From: Acidimicrobiales bacterium
Lineage (GTDB): Bacteria > Actinomycetota > Acidimicrobiia > Acidimicrobiales > JACDCH01
Length of the DNA: 64,000 bases
Reading direction: 5' to 3'
NCBI GenBank assembly: GCA_036493595.1
Contig: DASXPN010000106.1
Span: 11,662-75,661, forward strand
Of the stretch, positions 9,061 to 19,172 are shown one piece after another (the stretch's first letter is position 1; each line of letters opens with the position of its first letter). The notes under the pieces are model-generated. The model saw only the letters and a program-made list of their open reading frames with translations. It had not been told where the DNA came from and searched no databases. Made by a program: the position numbers and the translations under genes.

Positions 9061-10617
9061 TCAGCCGCGGATGGAGGTGGGGTAGCCGCCACCGCCGAAG
9101 CGTTCGTCGAGGGCGGCGTAGTCGACGGCCCATCCGTCCCGCGGCAGCTTGTCGACGAACTCGACCGAGCGCGGCTTCTTGTACGAGGCGATGAGTGAAC
9201 GACAGTGCTCGACGATCTCGTCGGCAGTCACGTCGTGGCCTTCGCGCACGACGACGATCGCCTTCACGGATTGACCCCATGTCGTGTCGCGCACGCCGAT
9301 CACCGCCGCCTCTTGCACACCGGGATGTCGCTGCAACGCGCCCTCGACCTCGGCGGGATAGATGTTCTCGGCCGCTGACTTGATGAGCCGTCCCTTCGGC
9401 CCGATCCACGTGAGCGAGCCGTCGTCCTCGCGGCGGCCGAGGTCGTTGGTGTGGTGCCAGTCGCCGGCGAGTCGTTGCGTATTCAACTCGTCGCGATGGA
9501 GGAAGCCGTTCATCACGGTCGGACCACGCGCCACCATCTCGCCGACCTCACCCGGTGCGACCTCGTTGCCATCGGGATCGACGATGCGCACGAGCGCCAT
9601 GGGCGACGGGCGGCCTGAACTGCCGACCGCGTCACCGCCCCACGCGTTCAGCGTGAGCATGCCCATGACCTCGGTCTGCCCGAACCCTGCCGGCTTGCGG
9701 GCCCACGGGCTTTCGTCGACCGTGACCATCGCGTTCCACTCCGGCTTCCCGCCGAACGTGCGCAGCGACGAGAGGTCGTACCGGTTGTCGGCGTTGACCT
9801 CGAGGATCTGCTTGATCGTCGGGCCGAGCACGAACGCGCCGGTGCAGCGTTCGGTGGCGATCAAGCGGCACAGCTCTTCCGCGTCGACGCGACGCGTGAA
9901 GACGTTCGTTCCCCCGAAGTGGAACGTAGCGAGCGTCGTCATGAACGTCGCCACATGGAACAGCGGTCCGGAGTTGAGGTACACGTACTCGCTGTCGACT
10001 CGTTGCAGGTTGCCCATCACGAGGTCCTGCACGAGCACGGCCCAATGCGAGAGCAGCGCGCCGTTCGGCCGTCCGGTGAACGCGGCCGTGTAGAGCTGAA
10101 GGACGGCGGACCCGGGATCGACGACGACGGCGGGATCCTCGACCGAACCGCCGGACAGGAACGTCTCGTACGCGTGGTCCGTGCGCGGCGCGGCGTCGTG
10201 CTGCAACCACCGACCACGCGCCCCTTCGGCTGCGATCTCTCGCGCCGCACGCACGGCGTCGCCGATCTCCTCGTCCTGCCAGATGACGACCTTCGCTTTG
10301 CAGTCGTCGATGACGAATGCGAATTCGTCGGGTGATTGCCGCCAGTTGGCGGGACAGAAGATGGCGCCGAGCTTCGCCGCCGCGAGTAGGCACTCGAGCA
10401 CCCGGAACGAGTTCTGGCCGAGCCACAGGATGCGGTCGCCGGTGGTGACGCCGGCATCGCGTGCGAGCGCGTTGGCCAGTTGGCTCACGCGGTCGTCCAA
10501 CGCCGGCCACGTCAGGCGCGTCTCGCCGTCGACGACCGCAGTGCGCTGCGGGAAGCTCCGCCGGTTCTCGCGCAGGATGTCGCCCAACGTCAGCGCGTGC
10601 AACAGGTCGACGGTCAT
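9061..10617 (-). CDS. AMP-binding acyl-CoA synthetase
   Basis: LYTAAFTGRPNG (variant P-loop), GFGQTE, HHTNDLG, IKSAAENIYPAEVE, YKKPRSVEF. Confidence 0.9.
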   Translation of the reverse strand: MTVDLLHALTLGDILRENRRSFPQRTAVVDGETRLTWPALDDRVSQLANALARDAGVTTGDRILWLGQNSFRVLECLLAAAKLGAIFCPANWRQSPDEFAFVIDDCKAKVVIWQDEEIGDAVRAAREIAAEGARGRWLQHDAAPRTDHAYETFLSGGSVEDPAVVVDPGSAVLQLYTAAFTGRPNGALLSHWAVLVQDLVMGNLQRVDSEYVYLNSGPLFHVATFMTTLATFHFGGTNVFTRRVDAEELCRLIATERCTGAFVLGPTIKQILEVNADNRYDLSSLRTFGGKPEWNAMVTVDESPWARKPAGFGQTEVMGMLTLNAWGGDAVGSSGRPSPMALVRIVDPDGNEVAPGEVGEMVARGPTVMNGFLHRDELNTQRLAGDWHHTNDLGRREDDGSLTWIGPKGRLIKSAAENIYPAEVEGALQRHPGVQEAAVIGVRDTTWGQSVKAIVVVREGHDVTADEIVEHCRSLIASYKKPRSVEFVDKLPRDGWAVDYAALDERFGGGGYPTSIRG

Positions 10618-10687
10618 GGCGGGATGCTGCCAGACCCCACGTCCCGAAGCGCAGCCTGCCGACGACTCAGCTTGTACGGTGCCGCCG

Positions 10688-11761
10688 GTGGAGGTCTGGA
10701 CGACGGGACTGTCCCTGCCACGCGTGGCGGCGCGCATGGCGGCGCGAGCGGAACAGGCGGGCTTCGACGGCATGGTCGTCGTCGACAGCCAGAACCTCGC
10801 GGGCGATTGCTATGTCGCGCTGGCCATGGCGGCGCGCGAGACAGAACATCTGCAACTGGCGACCGGTGTGACGAATCCCTTCACGCGCCATCCGGCGGTC
10901 ACGGCGTCCGCGATCGCGAGCTTGCAGGTCGAGTCCGACGGTCGGGCCGTGCTCGGCATCGGTCGGGGCGACTCCGCGCTCGCCCATCTCGGTCACGCGC
11001 CGGCGCGCGTCGCACACCTCGAGCGGTACCTCGCGGCCGTGCAGGCGTACCTGCGAGGGGAAGAGATCGCCTTCGAGGAGCTCGCGCCGTTCGACCCTCC
11101 CGGGGCTGCGCCTCCGGTCGACACGCTCGAGCTCGATGCCACCGCGGGTGCGAGCAGGCTCCACTGGTTACGACCTGACCTGCCCAAGGTCCCGGTCGAT
11201 GTGTCCGCGACCGGTCCCAAGGTCATCGATGCTGCGGCGCGTCTTGCGGATCGCGTGACGTTGGCCGTTGGCGCCGATCCGGACCGGCTCCGATGGGCCA
11301 TCGAGCGCGTGCGGGCCCAGACGCACGCCGTCGACGAGTTCGGCATCGGTGCGTTCGTCAATGTCGTGTGCCATCCGGACGTGGAAGTGGCGCGCGCGCT
11401 GGCCATCGGTGGCATGTCGACGTTTGCCCGCTTCAACGTCATGCACGGCGCGACCGAGGGGCCGTTGTTCGACGGTGGATCGGCGACGCTGTCGCGTCTG
11501 CACGACGCGTATGACATGCGGCAGCACACGCGTGCGGACTCACCGCAGGCCGCCACCCTCGATGACGGCTTCGTCGACCGGTTCGGCATCGTCGGGCCGC
11601 CGGACGCGTGCGTCGAGCGACTGCTCGCCTTGCGCGACCTCGGCGTCGAGCGTGTGGTGATCGTGGGACCGTCGCTCGGCGCCGACCGCGACGCGGCGAT
11701 CGAGGCGTCCACTCTGTTCGCGACGGAAGTGGTGCCGGAGCTGCGACGCACCACCGCGTGA
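10688..11761 (+). CDS. LLM-class flavin/F420-dependent oxidoreductase
   Basis: AEQAGFDG, DSQN, LATGVTNPFTRHPAVTASAIASL, GRAVLGIGRGDS; GTG start 7 nt after TACGGT. Confidence 0.88.
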   Translation: MEVWTTGLSLPRVAARMAARAEQAGFDGMVVVDSQNLAGDCYVALAMAARETEHLQLATGVTNPFTRHPAVTASAIASLQVESDGRAVLGIGRGDSALAHLGHAPARVAHLERYLAAVQAYLRGEEIAFEELAPFDPPGAAPPVDTLELDATAGASRLHWLRPDLPKVPVDVSATGPKVIDAAARLADRVTLAVGADPDRLRWAIERVRAQTHAVDEFGIGAFVNVVCHPDVEVARALAIGGMSTFARFNVMHGATEGPLFDGGSATLSRLHDAYDMRQHTRADSPQAATLDDGFVDRFGIVGPPDACVERLLALRDLGVERVVIVGPSLGADRDAAIEASTLFATEVVPELRRTTA

Positions 11762-11797
11762 CGCGGGGTGGTGCGGGGATGTCGGCGCGGCCGACGC

Positions 11798-12934
11798 TCA
11801 GCGATGAGGGGTCGTGAGCCACTCGATGTTGTCGTGGAACAGACCCGGCGCCGCGCCGGCGTCGCAACCGGCACGTGCGTAGTCCGCCAGCGGGTCGGCC
11901 GTTCCCTCGGAATGCGGGTAGTCGCTGCATAGCATGAAGATGTCGCCGCCGCGTGCGGTGAGCCTGCGAGGGTCCTCGTACGCGAACGATGACACCCGCA
12001 CCCGCTCGAGGAAGTAATCGCTCGGACGGCGCGCCAGCTCGACCGTCGCTTCACCGTTGAGCCGCGTCGTGAAGTCGGCGGCGCCGTCGAGCATCAACAG
12101 GTACTGAGGCACCCAGATCGAGCTGAGCTCGACGATGCCGATCCGCAAGCCGGGATGGCGATCGAAGATGCCGTTGAGGATCAGATCGGTGACGGCCAGC
12201 GCCGGTGGCACCCACAAGAACACCGACTCGATGACGGGGACGAACGCTTGGTCGTCCGTGTACCAGCAGTCGTCGAGCACTCGTGGTTGGTCGGCGACAT
12301 GGAACACCGGCGTGATGTCGTGGTCGACGAACGCCGACCAGAGCACGTCGTGATCCGGATGCGACAGCGGCCGCCCGTCCACAGGCGCGGGAGCGATCAT
12401 CGCCAAGCGAACACCGGCCGACGCCAGCGAGTGCAGCTCCGTACGCAGCCAATCGGGATCGCGCAACGTGAGGTGTGCGACCGGACGCAGCCGCCCGCCG
12501 CTCTCTTCGATGACGACCTGGCACCAACGGTTCCAAGCGGTCATGTTCGCGGTGAGCGCCGGCAGGTCACTCGACAGCTTGCGCTCCCACAACAGACCGA
12601 AGTTCGGGAAGCACACCGCCGCATCGAGACCCACTTGGTCGAGCCAGGCGACGCGAGCACGCGGCGACCAGTACGACTCCGGCACCGACTCGTCGTAGTT
12701 GTACTCCGACCGCTCCCCGCGACGTAGCAACCGGCGATGGCGACCGCACGACTCGGTGTCGCCGGGACGGTGCGCGTCGGCGAGCTCGATCTGCTCGCCG
12801 CGCCACGTCAGCCACGTGAAGCCGCGCTCGTCGTCCGTCAGCCCCAGTGCCTCCTCGCGCATGGACGGGTCGATGTGGTCGAGCCACATCGACCGGGGTT
12901 CGTAGAGGTGTTGGTCCGAATCGATGACCGTCAT
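11798..12934 (-). CDS. Amidohydrolase family protein (amidohydro_2 type)
   Basis: IDSDQH N-terminal metal motif, YPNFG-like CFPNFG, FHV, IVEL, SDYPH. Confidence 0.88.
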   Translation of the reverse strand: MTVIDSDQHLYEPRSMWLDHIDPSMREEALGLTDDERGFTWLTWRGEQIELADAHRPGDTESCGRHRRLLRRGERSEYNYDESVPESYWSPRARVAWLDQVGLDAAVCFPNFGLLWERKLSSDLPALTANMTAWNRWCQVVIEESGGRLRPVAHLTLRDPDWLRTELHSLASAGVRLAMIAPAPVDGRPLSHPDHDVLWSAFVDHDITPVFHVADQPRVLDDCWYTDDQAFVPVIESVFLWVPPALAVTDLILNGIFDRHPGLRIGIVELSSIWVPQYLLMLDGAADFTTRLNGEATVELARRPSDYFLERVRVSSFAYEDPRRLTARGGDIFMLCSDYPHSEGTADPLADYARAGCDAGAAPGLFHDNIEWLTTPHR

Positions 12935-13836
12935 CGGCCGAATCCCATCTTCGGCGCGCCGGACCGCCGGCCTTCGAACAGCTCGCCCTTGCGGGTGCGG
13001 ATGGCGTCGACCGACCAACGCTCGTCTTGCTCGACCTCGCTCACCATCGTCCATCCCTCCATGAGGTGCAGGCGGCCACCGAACACCACGAAGACCTGAC
13101 CCGTCACGTCGGCGGCATCGTCGCTCGCCAGCCACGCGACGACCGGGCCGACGTTGTCGGCGTCCCACTCGTCGAAGCCGCCTTCCGGCGGCGCCCCGAA
13201 GTCGCCCAGCACGGTCTCGGTCATTCGGGTGCGAGCACGCGGCGCAATCGCGTTCACGGTCACGCCATAGTTCTTCAGCTCGCGCGCGAGCGAGATCGTC
13301 ATACCCGCGATGCCCGCCTTGGCCACCGCGTAGTTGGCTTGACCGGTACCGCCGTACAGGCCGGCCTCCGATGCGGTGTTGATCACCGCGGCGCGTACGT
13401 CGTCGCCCGCCTTCGAACGCTCGCGCCAGTGCTCGGCGGCGAAGCGGGTCGGCGCGAAGTGACCCTTGAGGTGCACGCGGATGACGTCGTCCCATGCGTC
13501 CTCGTCCATCTTGAACGACATCGAGTCGCGCAGGACGCCCGCGTTGTTGACGAGTATGTCGAGCCGGCCGAACTCGTCGACGGCGCGGTGGATGAGCGTC
13601 CGGGCGCCGTCCCATGACGCGACGTCGTCGGCGCTCGCAACGGCCTTGCCGCCCGCGGCCACGATTGTCGCGACCGTCTCGTGCGCGTGACTGCTCTCAC
13701 GGCTGCCGTCGAGCGCGGTGCCGAGATCGTTGACGACGACCGACGCGCCCTCCGCGGCGAGTGCGAGCGCCTCACCGCGCCCGATGCCTCGGCCGGCACC
13801 CGTGACGATCGCGACCCTGCCTTCGAGCGCCCCCAT
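12931..13836 (-). CDS. SDR family oxidoreductase (peroxisomal MFE2-like long SDR)
   Basis: TGAGRGIG, VVVNDLG, NNAGVLRD, YAVAK. Confidence 0.93.
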   Translation of the reverse strand: MGALEGRVAIVTGAGRGIGRGEALALAAEGASVVVNDLGTALDGSRESSHAHETVATIVAAGGKAVASADDVASWDGARTLIHRAVDEFGRLDILVNNAGVLRDSMSFKMDEDAWDDVIRVHLKGHFAPTRFAAEHWRERSKAGDDVRAAVINTASEAGLYGGTGQANYAVAKAGIAGMTISLARELKNYGVTVNAIAPRARTRMTETVLGDFGAPPEGGFDEWDADNVGPVVAWLASDDAADVTGQVFVVFGGRLHLMEGWTMVSEVEQDERWSVDAIRTRKGELFEGRRSGAPKMGFGR

Positions 13837-13856
13837 GACGGGGAACGTAGCCCTGG

Positions 13857-13874
13857 CCTGACACGCGTGTCAGG
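13857..13874. promoter_or_regulatory. TGAC-N6-GTCA operator (perfect palindrome CCTGACACGCGTGTCAGG)
   Basis: Lies between the divergent SDR and amidase genes. Confidence 0.8.
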
Positions 13875-13889
13875 TTTCGTTGTGGTCAC

Positions 13890-15290
13890 ATGAAGACCAT
13901 GGACGACACGCTGGCGACACAGGATGCGACGGCGCTGGCGGGCGCGATCGCCCGTAAGGAAGTGAGCAGCCGCGAGTTGCTCGAGCTGTATCTCGATCGC
14001 ATCGACCGGCTGAACCCCGCGATCAACGCCGTTGTCACGCTCGATGCGGACCGGGCACGGGCTGCAGCCGGCGTGGCGGATGATCTGACCGCGAAAGGCC
14101 AGAGCGTCGGCCCGTTGCACGGCCTGCCCGTGACCATCAAGGACGCCATCGAAGTGGAAGGGGTGCGATCGACCGGCGGGGCCGTCGAGTTGCGCGACCA
14201 CGTGCCCACGGCCGACGCGCCCGCCGTCGCCCAGTTGAAGGCGGCAGGGGCGGTCGTGTTCGGCAAGACCAACGTGCCGAGGTGGTCCGGCGACCTCCAG
14301 ACCTACAACGAGATCTTCGGCACGACGAACAATCCGTGGGATGCCACTCGCGTGCCCGGAGGGTCGTCAGGTGGCCCCGCCGCCGCGGTCGCGTCCGGCC
14401 TCAGCAGCTTCGAGCTCGGTACGGACATCGGAGGGTCGGTGCGGATCCCGTCGCACTGTTGCGGCGTGTTCGGGCACAAGCCCAGCTTCGGTGTCGTGCC
14501 GCAGCGTGGCTACCTCGACCATGTCGGAGGCGGAACGACGGATGCGGACATCAATGTGTTCGGCCCGATCGCTCGCAGCGCGGCGGACCTCGACCTGCTC
14601 ATGTCGGTTCTCGCGTCACCCGAACCGGAACGCTCGGTCGCGTGGCGCGTCGACCTTCCCGCGCCGCGTCATCGCGACGTGGCGTCGTACCGAGTGGGCC
14701 TGTGGTTCGAGGAGCCGCCGTGCGCCATCGATCGCGACCAGCTCGCGGTGTTGCGACGCGCCGCCGACGCGCTCGCGAGCGCGGGCGCCAAGGTCGAGGA
14801 GGCCCATCCTCCCGTCGACTTCAACGAGCAACACGGTCTCTTCATCCAGATGATCACGCCCGCGATCTCGGTGAGCATGCCCGACGACGTGGGCGACGCG
14901 CTGAGCGGCTCGCACCTCCAATGGTTGCGCGCCGACGCGCACCGCGCCCAGCTGCGCGCGACGTGGGCCGAGTGGTTCGAGACCTACGACGCGCTTCTCT
15001 GCCCGGTGATGCCCGTGCCGGCGATCCCGCACCAGCAAGACGGCGACATGTTCAGCCGCACCATCGACATCAACGGCGAGACGACGTCGTACGTGAACCT
15101 CATCAGGTGGACCGGCCTCATCGGCGTGCTCGGCCTGCCGTCAGCAGTCCCACCGATCGGGCGCACGACCGCGGGACTGCCGGTCGGCGTGCAAGTCGTG
15201 ACGCCATACTTACGCGACCGCGACGCGATCGCGCTCGCCGGCCATCTCGCCGAGTTGGCCGGCGGCTACGACGTCCCGCCCGGTTTCTGA
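13890..15290 (+). CDS. Amidase signature family protein
   Basis: TIKDA, GKTNVP, GGSSGG, GTDIGGSVRIP (Ser-cisSer-Lys triad). Confidence 0.93.
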   Translation: MKTMDDTLATQDATALAGAIARKEVSSRELLELYLDRIDRLNPAINAVVTLDADRARAAAGVADDLTAKGQSVGPLHGLPVTIKDAIEVEGVRSTGGAVELRDHVPTADAPAVAQLKAAGAVVFGKTNVPRWSGDLQTYNEIFGTTNNPWDATRVPGGSSGGPAAAVASGLSSFELGTDIGGSVRIPSHCCGVFGHKPSFGVVPQRGYLDHVGGGTTDADINVFGPIARSAADLDLLMSVLASPEPERSVAWRVDLPAPRHRDVASYRVGLWFEEPPCAIDRDQLAVLRRAADALASAGAKVEEAHPPVDFNEQHGLFIQMITPAISVSMPDDVGDALSGSHLQWLRADAHRAQLRATWAEWFETYDALLCPVMPVPAIPHQQDGDMFSRTIDINGETTSYVNLIRWTGLIGVLGLPSAVPPIGRTTAGLPVGVQVVTPYLRDRDAIALAGHLAELAGGYDVPPGF

Positions 15291-15340
15291 CGTGCACGAC
15301 CACGAGCACGTGGGCCAGCACGACCAGCACGACCAGGACG

Positions 15341-15388
15341 AACTCCGGGTCCATTGTGGGGCCGGGGCCCCGCAACGGCACCAACATT
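15341..15388. repeat. 48-bp hairpin repeat, copy 2 (inverted relative to the others)
   Basis: AACTCCGGGTCCATTGTGGGGCCGGGGCCCCGCAACGGCACCAACATT. Confidence 0.9.
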
Positions 15389-15407
15389 GGAAGGGGTGGT
15401 GGGGCTG

Positions 15408-15875
15408 ATGTGGGACCACAACGAGGCGGTCATGTTGTGGCATCTCATCCTCGCCTTCCTGCTCGCGTTCGTGGTCGGGTTCGAGCGTGAGATCCGGGGC
15501 GCGCCGGCGGGTGATCGCACCTACTCGCTCGTGGGAACGGGTGCTGCCGCGATCACGGCGGTGACGATCGGGCCGGCACCGCAGGCGATCGCCGGCGTCA
15601 TCACCGGCATCGGCTTCATCGGCGCCGGCTTCGTGATCCATAGCGACATGGGCACCTTGAAGGGCATCACGTCCGCGGCGACGATCTTCGCGGTGGCTGC
15701 CATCGGCGTCGTCGCCGGTAGCGGTCACACGTGGCTGGCGGTGGCGATCACCGCGCTCGTACTCGTCGATCTCGAGTTGCGGCAGGTCCCGGGCCTGCGC
15801 CGGTTCGATGCGCGCCGCTATGTCCAACGGGTCCGCGACGATGACGCGATGCCCGGCATGGACGACGACGCCTGA
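15408..15875 (+). CDS. MgtC/SapB family membrane protein (short, N-terminal domain only)
   Basis: GFERE...AGDRTYSLV, AGVITGIGFIGAG, GITSAATI. Confidence 0.9.
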   Translation: MWDHNEAVMLWHLILAFLLAFVVGFEREIRGAPAGDRTYSLVGTGAAAITAVTIGPAPQAIAGVITGIGFIGAGFVIHSDMGTLKGITSAATIFAVAAIGVVAGSGHTWLAVAITALVLVDLELRQVPGLRRFDARRYVQRVRDDDAMPGMDDDA

Positions 15876-15906
15876 GCATCAGCGGCTGAGGGTCACCGGC
15901 TGAGCA

Positions 15907-17397
15907 TCAGAGGGCCACGTCGACCCCAGTGGCCTTCCCGAGCGCGGCGAGGTCGTCGAGGATGGCGTCGAGCATGTCCCACAGATCGGGCACGAGCTCG
16001 CGGCACGAGACCAGACCGAAGTCGAGCGTGTCGAGGTAGCTCTGCACCGTCACGTTGAGACCCTGGCCGTCGACGATCGTCGAGACCGGGTAGTAGTGCA
16101 GCAGCTTGCTGCCCGCGGCATACAGCGGCTCGCGCGGCCCCGGCACGTTCGAGATCACGAGGTTGATGGGCGGGTTGAACCGCTCGGTGAGGCGCGTGGC
16201 CATCCGCATGGCGCGGGAGAACACCGCGGGCGGTGGGAACGACGCGAAGTCGGTGAGCGAGTCGGCGGGGATGGCGTCGAAGAGCTCTTTGGCGTTGGCC
16301 ATCGCCTGGTGCACCCGCTCGACCCGCGTGACCGGATCGGCTTCGTCGGTCGGCAGGGTGGCGAAGATGGCGGACACGCGGTTGGTCCAACGTTCGGTCT
16401 CATCCCCTGTACGGATCGAGACGGGCACCATCGCGCCGAGGGGACGATCGGTCAGCGCGTCGTGCTGTGCCAGCCATGTGCGCAGCCCGCCGGCGCACAC
16501 CGCCATCACGACGTCGTTCACCGTGGCGCCGAGCGCGTTCTTGATGTCCTTGACCGCCTGCAGTGGGGCCGAACGGAACGCGAACCGCCGGTGTGGCGTG
16601 ATCGGCGCGTTGAACGGTGTCGGTGGCGCGGACAGCGACGGCAACGGACCCGCAAGGTCGGTCTCCGGTGAACGTTCCCGCCCCACGTTGAGCAGCGAGC
16701 CGAGCGGACCGCGCAGGCTGCCGCGGACCTGGTTCGCGGCGGCGACGAGAGCAGGGTTGCGGGTGGCTCGCCCGAAGTCGCGCGCCGTCCGTGCGCCCAG
16801 CACGATGGCCCGCCCCGGCTTGCGCACGAGGTTCGGGATGGCGCGGGCCAAGACCTCCGCGTCGGTCGGCGCTCGCTCCGGCTCCCAGTCGGCGCTGGTG
16901 CCGAACAGGTCGTCGCCTTCGGGTGACGCGTCGAGCATCATCGTGAGGAGCTCAGCGCCGGACGCGCCGTCGACGGTCGCGTGATGGACCTTCGTGAGAA
17001 TGCCGAAGCGATCGTCGGGCAGGCCTTCGATCACGTACGTCTCCCACAGCGGACGCGTGCGGTCGAGCGGCCGGCCGATGATGCGCGCCACGAGGTCGGC
17101 GAGTTGCGCGTCGGAACCGGGGGGCGGGATGGCGGTGTTGCGCACATGGAAGTCGAGATCGAAGTGGTCGTCGTCGATCCAGTACGGATGGTCGAGGTGC
17201 ATCGGCACGTCTCGCAGGCGGCGGCGCAGCGGCTCGAGCAGATGCAACCGTCGCTCGATCTGATCGCGCCACGCGGCGAGCGGTTCGTAATCCGGGTCGT
17301 CCGGTCGCTTGAACACCGACAAGCTCGAGACGTGACCGAACTGTGACGGCGTCTCCATGTAGAGGAACGTCGCGTCAAGCCCTGAAAGTTGCTTCAT
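15907..17397 (-). CDS. Wax ester synthase/diacylglycerol acyltransferase (WS/DGAT)
   Basis: LSGLDATFLYME, PLWETYVIEGL, KVHHATVDGASG (HHxxxDG), NLVISNVPGP. Confidence 0.93.
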   Translation of the reverse strand: MKQLSGLDATFLYMETPSQFGHVSSLSVFKRPDDPDYEPLAAWRDQIERRLHLLEPLRRRLRDVPMHLDHPYWIDDDHFDLDFHVRNTAIPPPGSDAQLADLVARIIGRPLDRTRPLWETYVIEGLPDDRFGILTKVHHATVDGASGAELLTMMLDASPEGDDLFGTSADWEPERAPTDAEVLARAIPNLVRKPGRAIVLGARTARDFGRATRNPALVAAANQVRGSLRGPLGSLLNVGRERSPETDLAGPLPSLSAPPTPFNAPITPHRRFAFRSAPLQAVKDIKNALGATVNDVVMAVCAGGLRTWLAQHDALTDRPLGAMVPVSIRTGDETERWTNRVSAIFATLPTDEADPVTRVERVHQAMANAKELFDAIPADSLTDFASFPPPAVFSRAMRMATRLTERFNPPINLVISNVPGPREPLYAAGSKLLHYYPVSTIVDGQGLNVTVQSYLDTLDFGLVSCRELVPDLWDMLDAILDDLAALGKATGVDVAL

Positions 17398-17426
17398 GGC
17401 GCCTCCCTGCCCCTGTGCCCGGCGAA

Positions 17427-17729
17427 CTAGCCGCCGGGAGTGTGATGGGCGACCAACGGCACCCACTTGACGTCGGGAGCGGAGCTGATGCCGCCCTCGG
17501 CGAGCGCGGCCCCGAGCCGTGACTCCATGAACGCGGCCTGCGCGTCCCGCGACGACCAGACCTCGGTGACGACGAAGGTGCCGTCGTCCGACACGCCAGC
17601 GGCGTGCATGACGAGCCCTTCCGGCCAATCGCCGGCGCCGCTGTGCATGTCGATGCCGAGGATCTTGTTCACCGCCTCGTACTCCTCGGGTCCCACTCCG
17701 TCGAACTCCAGAATCAGTGCTTCAGCCAT
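17427..17729 (-). CDS. Small hypothetical protein, ABM-like dimeric alpha/beta barrel
   Basis: 100 aa with RBS GGGAGAG; GLVMHAAG...FVVTEVWSSRDAQAAF..SRL pattern. Confidence 0.6.
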   Translation of the reverse strand: MAEALILEFDGVGPEEYEAVNKILGIDMHSGAGDWPEGLVMHAAGVSDDGTFVVTEVWSSRDAQAAFMESRLGAALAEGGISSAPDVKWVPLVAHHTPGG

Positions 17730-17819
17730 TAGGGCTCTCCCCTCCCGTGGTTCGGCCACAGCTTGCCCCGTCGAGTCGGGCGGTGCACCGCGGACCGGAT
17801 CAGCCCACAGCAGCCCGGA

Positions 17820-19139
17820 TCAGGCGTCGACGAGGCGGACCTGCTTGTAGCCGTGGCGTTCGAGGGAGCCTCGTTCGACCATCTCGACGTCGGCTCGCAC
17901 ACCGACTTCGGCCTCGACGGCGCGCGCGCATTCGCCGGCGATGGCCATTGCATCGCCCTGCTCGCCACCGATCTCGACGCGCAGGTGCAGCGCGGCCACC
18001 GCATTGCTCGGCTTCACGACTTGCCACTCGAGCGTCGGATCGTTCACCGACGGGATACGGCGCAACGCGCTCTCGAGCTCGGCGACTTGGAAGTGCTTGC
18101 CCTGGCTCGACAGGAGATCCTTGAACCGACCTCCCCAGAAGCCCCGCTTGGTGCTCTCACCGCAAGCGCACCGCTCGGTCACGAAGCACGCCGCCTCTTC
18201 GAGGTCGTATCGCAACAGTCCGTTGTCGCGATCGAGCGTCGTCACGACGAGGTTGCCCCACTCGCCATCGGGCACGTCACGACCGGTGGCCGGGTCGATT
18301 GCCTGCACGATCGCCCAGTCCTCGTGCACATGGCCGCCGTCGCTCTCGCCGCACGGTCCGCCCACGTACGCGTACGCCTCGAGGCCGCACGTCATGATCG
18401 GTAGGCCCTTCTTGCCGAAGCCGCGCAACACGAACGACGGCAAGCCCGCGTCCTTGGCGAGGTCCTTGCCCATGTTCGCCGCGATCTCCGCGAAGCGGCC
18501 ATGGTTGAACGCAACCATCGAGACGTCGGGATGCACGCGCTCCCACATGCGGATGCCTTGCTCGCCGAGCTCGTCGGTGTCGGGCGGCGCCACCCAGAGA
18601 TTGAGCATCCCGAAGTACTCGAGGCAGCCCGACAACATCACGCCACCCCCGTAGAGGTACGCGGGATGGGCGTGCGTGACGATCTGACCCGGGCGCCAAC
18701 CGTTGCGCCACCACACCCGCGCCGCCGACTCGTACTCGAGCCAGATGTCGTGTCGGGTCCACAACGTGAGCGTCGGAGTGCCAGTCGTCCCCGACGACGA
18801 TCCGAGGCGGACGCAGTCCTGGCGCCGCGTGAACCGGTACTCACCGAACGGGGGATGCTCGGCCTCGCTGTCGCGAAGCTCCTGCTTCAGCGTGGTCGGG
18901 ATGAGATTGACGTCGTCGACGTCGCGCAGGTCGTTCACCGAACGGATGCCCGCCGCTCGAAGCTTGCGACCGAACAAACGCGCCTTGCCGTCGGTCACCT
19001 TCGCGACGAGCGCGCGCAACCGTTCGAGTTGGAGCTCGCGCAGTTGCTCGCGACCCATCGCCTGCATCTCGGGGTCCCACTGCTTCTGTGCCGGGTCGCG
19101 TGGCGCAGGACCGAGAACCCCCGGGTCGTACGTCGGCAT
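17820..19139 (-). CDS. Phenylacetate-CoA ligase (PaaK)-like protein
   Basis: LRELQLERL, SSSGTTGTP, NLVVTTL.R...LLRYDLEE, C-terminal ACT-like domain. Confidence 0.85.
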   Translation of the reverse strand: MPTYDPGVLGPAPRDPAQKQWDPEMQAMGREQLRELQLERLRALVAKVTDGKARLFGRKLRAAGIRSVNDLRDVDDVNLIPTTLKQELRDSEAEHPPFGEYRFTRRQDCVRLGSSSGTTGTPTLTLWTRHDIWLEYESAARVWWRNGWRPGQIVTHAHPAYLYGGGVMLSGCLEYFGMLNLWVAPPDTDELGEQGIRMWERVHPDVSMVAFNHGRFAEIAANMGKDLAKDAGLPSFVLRGFGKKGLPIMTCGLEAYAYVGGPCGESDGGHVHEDWAIVQAIDPATGRDVPDGEWGNLVVTTLDRDNGLLRYDLEEAACFVTERCACGESTKRGFWGGRFKDLLSSQGKHFQVAELESALRRIPSVNDPTLEWQVVKPSNAVAALHLRVEIGGEQGDAMAIAGECARAVEAEVGVRADVEMVERGSLERHGYKQVRLVDA

Positions 19140-19154
19140 AGGCTCCGGACCCTA

Positions 19155-19172
19155 CCTGACACGTCCGTCAGG
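19155..19172. promoter_or_regulatory. TGAC-N6-GTCA operator CCTGACACGTCCGTCAGG
   Basis: Divergent promoter between the PaaK-like gene and the FGGY kinase; abuts -10 TAGGGT on the - strand. Confidence 0.75.
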
